A DNA stretch of 64,000 nt from an uncultured Bdellovibrionales bacterium. Lineage in GTDB: Bacteria; Patescibacteriota; Minisyncoccia; Moranbacterales; UBA1568. Where the stretch lies: positions 2,576 to 66,575 of the forward strand of contig CAZGXN010000007.1 of NCBI GenBank assembly GCA_964530135.1. The letters run 5' to 3'. The notes beneath the pieces were generated by a model that did not search any database, was not told the origin of the DNA, and saw nothing but the letters and a program-made list of their open reading frames with translations. Shown here piece by piece: positions 9,795-19,568 of this stretch. The first letter of the stretch is position 1, and the number at the start of each line of letters is the position of its first letter. The translations under genes were made by a program, and so were the position numbers.

Positions 9795-11732
9795 TTAACT
9801 GTGGAGTGAGAGCGGATTGAGCGTAACATGGACGCTGTGATCAAGCGTGCCGAGGAAATGGTGGAGTTCCTCAGGGAGATGGAGATCGCGGGGGAGGCGG
9901 ATGAGGATATGGTAGCGGTTTTTCTTATTAAAAGGCAAATATTTTGGCAAAATTTCAACCAGGGAAAGTTTGAGTGCCTGGAGTTGTGTCTCGGTGCGTT
10001 CGGCGATGAAGGCGGAGGAGTGTTCTTTGGTTGGATAGCATTCGAGTTGGATCAGTCGGTAATAGGGCGGATAGTGGAGGAGTCGGCGTTCTTCGAGGAG
10101 TTCGGCCGCGGTTTTTGTGAGACTTTGTTTGATCCAAGTGGTCCAGAACGCTGATTCAGGTTCGAAGGTCTGGATCAAGAGACTTCCACCTCGTTTGAGT
10201 TTTCCGCCAAAGCGACGAAGCTCACGCCAGAGTCGCTCTTCGGATTGAAAATCAGGATAAAAAAGACCTTGATCTGGTTCAATCAGAGCGATAAGGCCTA
10301 GTGGTGGAAAGGGGAGACTGTATGCTGACTCATAGGTCGCGACAATGATAGCGGGTTTCTCATCGAGTTGTGTCAGCGCCTTGGCGAGGGTTTGAAAGTT
10401 AGATTTTTTGGTTTGTGTATCACGGTCGATAGTGAGGATGCGTTGTGGGAAGCCAGATCGCTCAAGCGCCCGAACAATCGATTGCGTTCCAGCACCGAAG
10501 CTTTTAAAGTGCATGTGTCCACATTGCACACAACTCGGAAAGAGTGGCGTTTGATAGCCACAGGATAGGCAGCGGAAATGTCCTCCAACTGCTTCCGAAA
10601 GTGCGGTTGCACAGTGTGGGCAGCGCAAGGGCATTTGACACTTGGCACAGAGCGAAAAACGGGCCAGCCCCCGTTGCTGTACGAGGATAAGTGTGGATTC
10701 TTGAGTCGTATTGGTAGCGCGGAGGGCTTCGAGGAGATCGGGTGAGAGGGGTTGTGGTGTACCATTGCGCGGAGAGGTTCGGCGTAAATCGATTGGCTTA
10801 AGGGTTTTCTCTTTTGTAAAGGTGAATGGTGTACCGCGCGATTGAGTTTCTGGAAGAAAGTATGCGATGCCAGGTGCGACCGAAAGACAGACAAAGGGGA
10901 TAGCGCGTTGGCGAGCGAGTGATTCAGCGATCTCCACTGCATCATAGCGTGGCGCCATTTCCCACTGAGTGTACGAGAGCTGTTTTTCTGCGTCGATAAT
11001 AATGATTGCAGAGAGGTCTATGAATGGTGCAAAGACCGTTTGGCGTGTACCGATAACGATATCGAGTGCACCGGTTCGGATCGCCTGGAATATCAAGTAT
11101 TGTTCCTTGCTCGTTCGTTGGCTGGTCAAGCAGCTGACGATCGCTTCGGGCAAAGCTCGTTGAATCTTTTGAGCATACCATTCAGCTGCCAGGATTTCAG
11201 GGACCAAGATGCAGAGGAGTTTCTTTTCCTTCAGCGCTTTATTTCCAAATTTTATTAATCGTTCAAAGAGTTGCGTTTCGCTTGACACCCCCTCCATGAC
11301 GGTAGACCAGGAGGGCGATACTTTTTTCCGTTTTTGACGTGAATTATTTTTTTGGGTGGTGGCTATTGATGGCGGACCTGTTTTTGGCTCTCTTGGTTTG
11401 TGCTGAAGCGGAAAAAAAAGCTTGAAAACAATCCCTAGTGGTGTGTACAGACGGTCGCTGAGCTCCCAAGCAAGTGTGATTTGTGCTGGGGTGAGCCAGC
11501 CAGCTAAAATAGTGGGCCCGATAAATTTCATCCATGTCGGCATGGGTCCGGGGAGTCGATCAGATGTGAGCGTAACACCGGTAAGGGTTCTGCGCCCAAA
11601 AGAAATTGAAACGAGCGAACCTGGTGCGACTGGTTCTCGCGAAGCATAACTAAAACGTGGGTCGCGCCGCCCAAAAAGGGGAGTGAGCGGAACAACTTCA
11701 ACTCGGTAGAGGAGGGGTGAATGTTTCGGCAT
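9795..11732 (-). CDS. priA: primosomal protein N' (PriA) homolog with degenerate ATPase motifs
   Basis: PriA Cys-rich region CAKCQMPLRCPHCATALS...CLSCGYQ...CVQCGH; helicase-core alignment LDIVIGTRQTVFAPF...IIIDAEKQLSYTQ; Walker A position reads GVSSETQL and DEEH reads DAEK. Confidence 0.85.
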   Translation of the reverse strand: MPKHSPLLYRVEVVPLTPLFGRRDPRFSYASREPVAPGSLVSISFGRRTLTGVTLTSDRLPGPMPTWMKFIGPTILAGWLTPAQITLAWELSDRLYTPLGIVFKLFFPLQHKPREPKTGPPSIATTQKNNSRQKRKKVSPSWSTVMEGVSSETQLFERLIKFGNKALKEKKLLCILVPEILAAEWYAQKIQRALPEAIVSCLTSQRTSKEQYLIFQAIRTGALDIVIGTRQTVFAPFIDLSAIIIIDAEKQLSYTQWEMAPRYDAVEIAESLARQRAIPFVCLSVAPGIAYFLPETQSRGTPFTFTKEKTLKPIDLRRTSPRNGTPQPLSPDLLEALRATNTTQESTLILVQQRGLARFSLCAKCQMPLRCPHCATALSEAVGGHFRCLSCGYQTPLFPSCVQCGHMHFKSFGAGTQSIVRALERSGFPQRILTIDRDTQTKKSNFQTLAKALTQLDEKPAIIVATYESAYSLPFPPLGLIALIEPDQGLFYPDFQSEERLWRELRRFGGKLKRGGSLLIQTFEPESAFWTTWIKQSLTKTAAELLEERRLLHYPPYYRLIQLECYPTKEHSSAFIAERTETQLQALKLSLVEILPKYLPFNKKNRYHILIRLPRDLHLPEELHHFLGTLDHSVHVTLNPLSLHS

Positions 11733-11824
11733 AAGAGGTGTCCTTCATTGTACCAGGAATACAGCTTCTTCTGAGGCTTGCCGAAAGGGGTGAAATTCTC
11801 TATCATGCATTGAAACTCTCATAT

Positions 11825-12394
11825 ATGCTCATCACCCGCCGCCTTTTTGTTGGAATTCCATTGTCGAACAGGTTGCAAAAAAGGCTTGCTTCCGAGATTT
11901 CTCGTTTTGAACATCTTCCGATTATTCCAACTCGTGTCGGAAATTTTCATGTAACGCTGATTTTCCTCGGCTTTGTCAAAGAGGAAGAAATTGTTCGTAT
12001 CACTGAAGCATTGGAGGATGTTGCGCTCGACAGCGTACCTTTTGAAATTGATTTCACAGAGATTAAAGCCGAACCGGTGGAACATCCGAATCTCGTTTGG
12101 TTGACTGGTGAACCGTCGGCTGAATTAGTTGCACTTCGAAACGCCATCGCTACAGCACTTGATTATTTGACCCCCGCATCCAAAACTTTCCGTCCGCATG
12201 TAACCTTAGCCAAGGTACGGCGTGGGCAATATGAAGCACTCGAAACAAAACCAGACTTTGGTAAGCCGCTCCATATCATTGAGCCGGTCGACACGATCAC
12301 GCTTTATGAATCGACCATGGACAGTGGCAAGCGTGCCTATCTGCCGCTCGCTGAATTCCCCCTCAATGGGGTACATGAGACAGAGTCATTATAG
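11825..12394 (+). CDS. thpR: RNA 2',3'-cyclic phosphodiesterase (2H/LigT family)
   Basis: Two H-x-T-x motifs (FHVTLIFLG and RPHVTLAKV); start moved to ATG 11825 (MLITRRLFVGIPL). Confidence 0.8.
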   Translation: MLITRRLFVGIPLSNRLQKRLASEISRFEHLPIIPTRVGNFHVTLIFLGFVKEEEIVRITEALEDVALDSVPFEIDFTEIKAEPVEHPNLVWLTGEPSAELVALRNAIATALDYLTPASKTFRPHVTLAKVRRGQYEALETKPDFGKPLHIIEPVDTITLYESTMDSGKRAYLPLAEFPLNGVHETESL

Positions 12395-12406
12395 TCATAC
12401 AATACC

Positions 12407-13102
12407 ATGAAGATTTTTGGCATCAGTATCGACAATTATTCCCGGGCTGATATTTTGGATCGTGTCAGTGAGTGGCTTGCGAGCACTTCGTATCACCGCA
12501 TCGCGACAGTCAACCCAGAATTCCTCCTCCTCGCGACGAAGAACCGAGCGTTTCATGGTGCGCTCGTTTCGGCCGATCTGCGTGTTGCGGATGGTGTTGG
12601 ATTGCACCTGCCGTTTTTCTTAGACGGCGACACACTTATCGAGCGAGTCACGGGAGCCGATCTCTTGCCTGAAATTCTCCATTTGGCAGACGAGAGGCGT
12701 CTCTCAGTCGGGCTCTTGCTCGATCCAGGCGGACTGTCGTCGTACGATGCAATAGAAAAAGCGCTGCATGAGCGTTATCCGAATCTGACGGTCGGGAAGT
12801 TCTCGCCCGAATATCTAACAGCGTCAAAGCCGATACCGTATCACCTAGTCTTTTGTAATTACGGCGCACCGCTTCAGGAAATCGTCCTCGCCGGACTGCG
12901 CGAAAAGTCGGGGAATATCCGGCTCGCGATGGGTGTCGGCGGGGCGTTTGATTTCCTTACGAGCCGGATTCCTCGGGCGCCGAAGTTTCTCCGCTCTGTC
13001 GGTCTCGAATGGCTCTGGCGCCTTCTTCAACAACCTAAACGCTGGCATCGCATCTGGAACGCCGTGGTTGTGTTTCCAGTGAAAGTGCTCAGTCAGAAAT
13101 AG
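12407..13102 (+). CDS. WecB/TagA/CpsF family glycosyltransferase (GT26)
   Basis: MKIFGISIDNYSRADILDRV...HRIATVNPEFLLLATKN...DGVGL typical of TagA/WecG N-acetylmannosaminyltransferases. Confidence 0.8.
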   Translation: MKIFGISIDNYSRADILDRVSEWLASTSYHRIATVNPEFLLLATKNRAFHGALVSADLRVADGVGLHLPFFLDGDTLIERVTGADLLPEILHLADERRLSVGLLLDPGGLSSYDAIEKALHERYPNLTVGKFSPEYLTASKPIPYHLVFCNYGAPLQEIVLAGLREKSGNIRLAMGVGGAFDFLTSRIPRAPKFLRSVGLEWLWRLLQQPKRWHRIWNAVVVFPVKVLSQK

Positions 13103-13422
13103 TCTTAGAAAATAAAAAAAGCCGCTTCGAGGGCTTCGCAAAAAGACCATAAATGATGGGCTTGGGATTCTTGATGAGCTCCTCTGAATGCTGGTAGAAG
13201 AACGCTAGGGCGAGAGCAATGCCCCCACTAAAATCAAAGCGTTGTTGGCTGAGGAGAATGGGGGTACGACGCTGAATCATGGAACACTCCTGTCAAAGGA
13301 CGTGGCAGATACGGGTCAACCGATATCTGGTTACCTCACAATCGAAGCAGCTCGATATATTAGCATATTTTAACTAAGAAGTCAATGTAGAAATGGGGCT
13401 TGAATAAGGGTATAATTAGTCT

Positions 13423-14994
13423 ATGTCAAAGCCCGAACAAAAGCCTGTCCGGGTGCGCTATGCACCCTCGCCGACTGGTCTCCAGCATATCGGTGGCCTC
13501 CGGACAGCTCTCTACAATTATCTCTATGCTCGGCAGCTTGGTGGACAGTTCATCCTGCGCATCGAGGACACGGATCAAAAGCGTTTTGTTGAAGGCGCTT
13601 TGGAAAATACGATGGCGTTTCTTCGAGATTTTGGACTCCATTATGATGAGGGGCCGATACCATTGACTGACAAAGATACTGAAAATGACAGTATCGGTAC
13701 CCTGTCTCGTCGTTACCCGGGTGTGTATGAACTCGGGGCCTATGCACCGTATATTCAGTCAGAGCGGCTCGAGCGGTATCAGCAGTATGCGGATGAGCTT
13801 GTAAAGACTGGCCAGGCGTATCACTGTTTCTGTAGCGAGGACCGCCTGACAGATCTGCGCACCCGTCAAGAGGGGGCAAAGCTCGCACCCCGTTATGACC
13901 GTGAGTGTCTCAAGCTCCCGATAGCTGAAGTACAGGAAAGGCGCGCCCGAGGTGAAGCCAGCGTCATCCGGTTCAAGATTCCAGACCATGGGAAATTTAT
14001 TGTCAAAGATATCCTCCGGGGCGAGATCGATGCTGATACTGGGGTGCTTGATGATTTCGTTATCATGAAGTCTGATGGTTACCCGACCTATCATTTGGCA
14101 AATGTCGTCGATGATCATCTGATGGAGATCACCCATGTCCTACGAGCAGTTGAATGGCTCCCGAGTTTACCAAAACATATTTTGCTCTATCAGTCATTCA
14201 GTTGGGAGGCACCCGAGTTTGCTCATCTCTCAGTTATTCTCGGTAAAGATGGGAAGAAGAAGCTTTCGAAACGCGAAGGGGATGTTTCGGTCGATTCATT
14301 TGTCGAGGCAGGGTATCTCCGTGAAGCACTCCTAAACTTCGTCGCGCTCCTCGGTTGGAATCCTGGCCAGGGGAGTACTCAGGAAATCTTTACGCTACAG
14401 GAACTTGTGAAATCATTTTCACTCGAGCATTTGAATAAAGCCGGCGCAGTTCTCGATCGGACCAAGCTTGATTGGATGAATCATGAGTATATTGTACGGA
14501 AATCAAATGCAGAATTGCTCGCGCTCATTCGACAAGGTGGTTTTCTAGAAAAAAATGACTGGTATACTAAAGCACCAGCCGCCTACAAGACCGACGAGTA
14601 CCTTCTAAAAGTCATTGCCCTTGAGAAAGACCGGATGAAGACTCTTGCTACCCTGGGGAGTGAGAATCAATTTCTTTTTAGGGATACACTTGAATATCCA
14701 TCAGGGATGTTAGCGTGGAAAGAAAATTCTGCCGATATGACTCGCGTAGCGCTTATCCAGGCTCGTGAGCTTGTTCAAAGCCTACAGGAGTCGGACTGGC
14801 AACCTGCCACATTGTCGGAAAAATTTCTCGTGGCTGCGGGTGAGAAACGCGGGGATTTCCTCTGGCCTTTGCGTGTTGCGCTGTCTGGTCTGGAACGTTC
14901 ACCTTCACCAATGGATATTTTGTGGGTACTCGGTCGGGAGCGTTCGCTTAGCCGCATTGAAGCCGCTCTTGTTCAATTGACTGATGCAGACTGA
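13423..14994 (+). CDS. gltX: glutamyl-tRNA synthetase
   Basis: HIGH-type motif PSPTGLQHIGGLRTA, RIEDTDQKR, KMSKS-type KLSKREGD. Confidence 0.93.
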   Translation: MSKPEQKPVRVRYAPSPTGLQHIGGLRTALYNYLYARQLGGQFILRIEDTDQKRFVEGALENTMAFLRDFGLHYDEGPIPLTDKDTENDSIGTLSRRYPGVYELGAYAPYIQSERLERYQQYADELVKTGQAYHCFCSEDRLTDLRTRQEGAKLAPRYDRECLKLPIAEVQERRARGEASVIRFKIPDHGKFIVKDILRGEIDADTGVLDDFVIMKSDGYPTYHLANVVDDHLMEITHVLRAVEWLPSLPKHILLYQSFSWEAPEFAHLSVILGKDGKKKLSKREGDVSVDSFVEAGYLREALLNFVALLGWNPGQGSTQEIFTLQELVKSFSLEHLNKAGAVLDRTKLDWMNHEYIVRKSNAELLALIRQGGFLEKNDWYTKAPAAYKTDEYLLKVIALEKDRMKTLATLGSENQFLFRDTLEYPSGMLAWKENSADMTRVALIQARELVQSLQESDWQPATLSEKFLVAAGEKRGDFLWPLRVALSGLERSPSPMDILWVLGRERSLSRIEAALVQLTDAD

Positions 14995-15053
14995 TATACT
15001 TCGTACGCGGTTATACGGGTTTTCGTTCAGGCATATATAAAACAAATTCAGAC

Positions 15054-16364
15054 ATGATGGAACTCCAAAAGAAAACTCAGCGTGATACGGTACGGGTCTA
15101 CCCCCTTCGTCGTTTTGGTTTTCTGGTGAGCCTGTGCCTCATTGTCATTACTGGTATCCGGATCAGTCACGCCGAAGTAACTCTCGATACTTTGAATGAG
15201 GAACAGAAAAATATCTTAGAAGATCGTCAAGATGAACTTGATGATATCAAGGCCAAAATCAAAGCCTATAAAGATATCGTCAATCTCAAACAGCGGCAAG
15301 GCGCGGTACTTGGTGATCAAATTGAATCGCTCGAAGCTCAGGCCAAAAGCCTGGAACTTCAGATGAATATAAACCAAAAAACACTCACTGAAATTCAAAA
15401 CGAAATTCAATTCCTGACCATCCGTATTAGTCAGAAAGAAGAATTTATTATCAAACAAAAAAACCTCCTTTCGGAAATTATGCGTGGATATTATGCTGAT
15501 CAGTCGGCTTTAATTCCTGCCGAGTTTATCATCAATGCATCACGCCTCTCCAACCCACTCCAAGAAAGTGAGTGGACTTCTGAAACTGGGGCCAAGGTCA
15601 GCGAAGTCCTCGCTGGACTCAAATCATTGCGCCAGGGTCTTGTGAGTGAACATATTGCCCTGACTGAAAAAGAGAAGAAAGCTGACACGCTGAAGCTTCA
15701 GCTCGAGGAACAAGATGCACGCCTCAGTTCGACAAAGGAAAGTAAAGAGCGTTTGCTGGCCAAAACGCAATCGGAGGCGAAAAAGTATGATTCACTGGTT
15801 GATGATTTGGAAAAACAGCGATCTGAAATTGAAGATGAAATCGAATCCCTCGAATCTGGAAAGATTGATGCACTGGATACCAAAGACCTACCTGCATTCA
15901 ATCGGGGTGTCCTTGGATATCCTTTGAAAAATATCACGATCTCACAGGGGTATGGAAAAACAAGTTTCGCTAAAACATCAAAGTTTTATAAGTCTGGATT
16001 TCATAATGGTATCGACTATGCTATTCCCTCAGGTACGAGCGTACTTGCGGCCGCAGATGGCAAAGTTATTGCAATTGGAAACAATGGCCGCTATGCCTAT
16101 GGTCGCTATATTGCTGTCGATCATGGCAATGGTCTCGTTACTATGTACGGACATCTAAACTCAGTAACGAAAAAGCTTGGTGATCGTGTCAGACGAGGGG
16201 AGACGATTGCGAAGTCTGGAAATACAGGGAATTCAACAGGGCCGCATGTGCATTTTACTGTTTTTTCTGCGAAGTCATTTGATATCGTGCCATCAAAGTA
16301 TGTCAAGAGTGTCAAAGACATTCCGATTGGCGCGACAGTCAATCCGAAGGTCTATTTGCCATGA
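15054..16364 (+). CDS. M23 family metallopeptidase with N-terminal signal/TM and long coiled coil (EnvC-like)
   Basis: C-terminal HxxxD...H M23 core: GIDYAIPSGTSVLAAADGKVIA, VDHGNGLVTMYGHL, GNTGNSTGPHVHFTVF; N-terminal 250 aa coiled coil. Confidence 0.88.
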   Translation: MMELQKKTQRDTVRVYPLRRFGFLVSLCLIVITGIRISHAEVTLDTLNEEQKNILEDRQDELDDIKAKIKAYKDIVNLKQRQGAVLGDQIESLEAQAKSLELQMNINQKTLTEIQNEIQFLTIRISQKEEFIIKQKNLLSEIMRGYYADQSALIPAEFIINASRLSNPLQESEWTSETGAKVSEVLAGLKSLRQGLVSEHIALTEKEKKADTLKLQLEEQDARLSSTKESKERLLAKTQSEAKKYDSLVDDLEKQRSEIEDEIESLESGKIDALDTKDLPAFNRGVLGYPLKNITISQGYGKTSFAKTSKFYKSGFHNGIDYAIPSGTSVLAAADGKVIAIGNNGRYAYGRYIAVDHGNGLVTMYGHLNSVTKKLGDRVRRGETIAKSGNTGNSTGPHVHFTVFSAKSFDIVPSKYVKSVKDIPIGATVNPKVYLP

Positions 16365-16728
16365 TGATCATGTAAAAATCGGATCAGGCGGAGCTGAGAA
16401 ATAAAGTATATCTCAAAATTTACTCATTAGACTCCCCTGCGGATTTTTCAAAAAAGAAGGGGAGTGGGAAGGAGTTTTATTATACAAAACTTATTAACAA
16501 AGAATAGGAGAAATATTTTATTGAGTCGACATTTGAATTAAATTCATTTTAGTCTTTTCACGCCATCCCTTATGTTATAAGGGGGAGGAGAGATGTCCAT
16601 ATTCATGTTACAAAAATAGAAAGAGAAAAAGATTGCCAGGCATAAGATGTTTACTTAATCCCAAGAAACATTTTGTTTCATTCTAATAACCTCCCTATTG
16701 TAATGTCTCATAAGTTACATAAGCAGAC

Positions 16729-16787
16729 ATGTAGTAAAAAAGGAAAAGACCACCCTGCACACTCAATGAGTTTGCATACGGCGGTCT
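16729..16787 (-). terminator. putative rho-independent terminator downstream of GGDEF gene (imperfect 8-bp stem AGACCACC...GGCGGTCT followed on minus strand by T-rich tract)
   Basis: Hairpin with one mismatch; TTTTCCTTTTTTAC on minus strand. Confidence 0.45.
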
Positions 16788-16822
16788 TTATAAATAAGGC
16801 ACCTAGCTATTTCCCCTCTCAG

Positions 16823-17554
16823 TCAGAGGTTTCCGAAGGCTGTGTCTGAGAAGACTATAACAGGTGCAATGTTGATACCACTCGACTCCCGGGAATCATT
16901 CTTGGCTCGATACATCGCCATATCAGCGAATTGCTCGAGATCATTGATGATATGCAATCCTCCCCGACTCGAAAAAAAACTTCCATGCGAAATGCCGACA
17001 GAAATCGAGACCTGGATGTTGTCATCAAAGCGTAACCGTTCGTCTTCACGCAGTAATGCAGCCAATCGTTCTGCACGCTGGGCTGCGCCAGCCTGGGTCG
17101 CATTGATGAGGTACACCACGAACTCATCGCCACCATTTCGAATGATGATGTCTTCTGCCCGAAACGCTTTTTGCAAGTACGCTGAAACGATCAGGAGCAC
17201 TTGGTCACCTGCCGCATGACCAAATCGATCGTTGACGGCCTTGAAGTTGTTGAGATCCATCACCAAAACGGAGAGTTGGTGCAGCACTCGACCGGCAACG
17301 GAGTAATCCTGGCGTTCGAATCCGCCGAGTATCCGACGGAGTTCGAGTGCAGCACCCCGCCGATTATAGAGGCCGGTTAATGAGTCACGGTCTGCGGCTG
17401 CTTCCAGCTCCTGAATCTGCTGGTTTTTTGCGACGATTTCTCTGATCAGAATCTTTGACTGTTCAGTGCAGAGACGCAGCTGTTCCTGAAGAGTTCGGAT
17501 CATGTGGCTCTGCTGCAGCGATGCATCAGAGGCATTGTGAAAATGACATTCCAT
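16823..17554 (-). CDS. GGDEF-domain diguanylate cyclase with short N-terminal coiled coil, no sensor domain
   Basis: SLTGLYNRRG, VLVMDLNNFKAVNDRFGHAAGDQVL and intact NGGDEF active-site motif. Confidence 0.85.
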   Translation of the reverse strand: MECHFHNASDASLQQSHMIRTLQEQLRLCTEQSKILIREIVAKNQQIQELEAAADRDSLTGLYNRRGAALELRRILGGFERQDYSVAGRVLHQLSVLVMDLNNFKAVNDRFGHAAGDQVLLIVSAYLQKAFRAEDIIIRNGGDEFVVYLINATQAGAAQRAERLAALLREDERLRFDDNIQVSISVGISHGSFFSSRGGLHIINDLEQFADMAMYRAKNDSRESSGINIAPVIVFSDTAFGNL

Positions 17555-17681
17555 GATATGTCCCTTCGTGAAAGAGAAAAGAGAAAGTTGTAAACGAACA
17601 TTGATAGACTAGCATATATTATTAAAAATGTCAATATTTTGAAACCAGGCAGAGAATGAGTCTATCAGGTACAATGAAACT

Positions 17682-18839
17682 ATGCGATTATCTTATTCTA
17701 GTCTCGATACCTACCAATCTTGCTCGCTCAAGTACAAGTACCGCGAGATTGATAAGCTGCCTGAAGAAAAATCCAAAGAGGCAGTGTTTGGGACGCTCAT
17801 GCACGCGACACTGAAGTTTATTCATGAGCCGGCCCTGATTCCCCCGTCGGTCGAGCAAGCGATCGATTATTTTGGCAAGCACTGGAACGGCGATCTCTTC
17901 GAAAACGAGCTCGAAGAGCGAGCGGCATTTGTGCAGGGTGTTGAGATGATACAGCGCTACTACGAATCAAATAAAATTGCCGAGGCAAACCCAATCGCGC
18001 TCGAGAGCCGTTTCTCCATTGAAATCGGAACGGAGGCGACCGGAAAACATATCATCGCCGGTGTCATCGACCGTATCGATCGGACGCGAGATGGGTATGA
18101 GATCATCGACTACAAAACCACCAAGAAAATGCCGAGCCAGGATCGAGTGGATAATGATCTGCAGCTTTCCATTTATCTTCGGGCTTTCTTGGCTCGCTAT
18201 CCAAAAGAGTGGGAGCGACTCGACAAAATAACAGTCAGTCTCTATTTCTTGAAACATGGTGTGAAGCTTTCTTCGACTCGGACGAAGGCACAGCTCGAAG
18301 CATTGGATGCAACTTTCCTCGAAGTGATCCAGGCAATTGAAGCGGGAAAATTTGCACCAACACTCTCCCCGCTCTGTGATTGGTGCAGTTTCCAAAAAAT
18401 CTGTCCACTCTGGAAACATAAATTTAAAGAGGTGCTTCCGGAAACGGTAGAAAAAAGCGAAGCAGAAAAATCGATTGAAGAGTTTCTCCGGCTGCGTACC
18501 GAGGTTGCCACTGACAAAAAGCGATTGGTTGAGCTCCAAGAAAAAATCATGCAGTATATGGACCAAGAAAAGATCGAACGAGTATTTGGTTCAACTGGCA
18601 TTATCGGAAAATCAGTCCGGACAGCCTATGTATATGACGAGGCCAAACTTCGTACACTCCTCTCACCGCTTGGTGAGTGGGAAAATGTTGTGAAGGTTGA
18701 TGGCATAGCTCTCAAAACTGTCCTTGCTGCATTACCAGAAGCAGTGAGACAACAGGCTGAACACTACCGTGAAAAAAAGGAAAGCGTGTCTCTCAGCGTC
18801 AAAAAGATGGCATTTGACACTGAGAATGAAGAGCTTTAG
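17682..18839 (+). CDS. PD-(D/E)XK nuclease family protein (RecB/Cas4-like, Fe-S Cys cluster) with C-terminal coiled-coil extension
   Basis: N-terminal SLDTYQSCSLKYKY, nuclease motifs GVIDRIDRTRDGYEIIDYKTTKK, C-terminal CDWCSFQKIC (C-x2-C-x5-C) as in Cas4/AddB nuclease domains. Confidence 0.75.
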   Translation: MRLSYSSLDTYQSCSLKYKYREIDKLPEEKSKEAVFGTLMHATLKFIHEPALIPPSVEQAIDYFGKHWNGDLFENELEERAAFVQGVEMIQRYYESNKIAEANPIALESRFSIEIGTEATGKHIIAGVIDRIDRTRDGYEIIDYKTTKKMPSQDRVDNDLQLSIYLRAFLARYPKEWERLDKITVSLYFLKHGVKLSSTRTKAQLEALDATFLEVIQAIEAGKFAPTLSPLCDWCSFQKICPLWKHKFKEVLPETVEKSEAEKSIEEFLRLRTEVATDKKRLVELQEKIMQYMDQEKIERVFGSTGIIGKSVRTAYVYDEAKLRTLLSPLGEWENVVKVDGIALKTVLAALPEAVRQQAEHYREKKESVSLSVKKMAFDTENEEL

Positions 18840-18929
18840 GATAGCAACAAGTCTTCTCTGTAATGGAGGGTCTAGGCTGTCTCATCTCGATATATTTCTT
18901 TAAAAATTTCTATCAAAGGAGAATCCGTC

Positions 18930-19346
18930 ATGTTCTCAAATCGTTGGTTTCGGAGTATTTTCTTTGCCCTCCTCATCGCAGGTACCCTACCGTTCGACAA
19001 TGCTCAGGCTGCGAGGAGTGGAGAAGAGGAACTCATTATCCTTGGGGTGGAAATACAGCAGGCGCTCGTTTCTGTATGCGCGACACAAGAACAAGCTGAA
19101 TCGGTGGTGAAAACATATGGCGAAAGCGGTTCGGCCGCCGCCATTCAGGCCTTCAATCAGAACCAGTGTTTTATCACTGTGCTTAGCTTCGTACCAAACC
19201 ATCTCGTTTTCTCAAAACAGCTCACCAAACAAAGAGCTATCAGTGTGGTGGAAGTCTTGGTATGGGTGGCACAATCGCCCTATACGCTGTACATCATCAC
19301 TGAAAATCCGGTGGTGACGGATTCCCTGCATACCCAAACGCTATGA
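18930..19346 (+). CDS. hypothetical secreted protein (138 aa)
   Basis: N-terminal signal peptide MFSNRWFRSIFFALLIAGTLPFDNAQA; own RBS; no motif recognised. Confidence 0.5.
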   Translation: MFSNRWFRSIFFALLIAGTLPFDNAQAARSGEEELIILGVEIQQALVSVCATQEQAESVVKTYGESGSAAAIQAFNQNQCFITVLSFVPNHLVFSKQLTKQRAISVVEVLVWVAQSPYTLYIITENPVVTDSLHTQTL

Positions 19347-19493
19347 CACTTTATTTTCCCAGGCACGCTATTCGACCATGTTCGCGTAGCGCGCTCCTTT
19401 TGAAGAATGCGAAACAAAACGTTTTTTTCAAAAGGACACTCGTGAGAATGCAAGTTTGGCGGAGTATATGAATAACCTCCCCTGTATCATTGT

Positions 19494-19535
19494 CTGAAAA
19501 TAAAATGGAGAGGGTGTCTAGCGACTCACCTCTCC
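19494..19535 (-). terminator. rho-independent terminator for lipoprotein gene (GGAGAGG-N15-CCTCTCC then ATTTTATTTT on minus strand)
   Basis: Perfect 7-bp stem, T-rich tail. Confidence 0.55.
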
Positions 19536-19568
19536 ATGGAAGAGCGAGAGCATCCTGAACGGAGCCAC

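Noticed and set aside
13103-13140. Possible terminator after the TagA-like gene (A7-GCCGCTTCGAGGGCTTCGC-A5)
   Set aside because: The arms are not complementary when checked base by base, so no feature is called.
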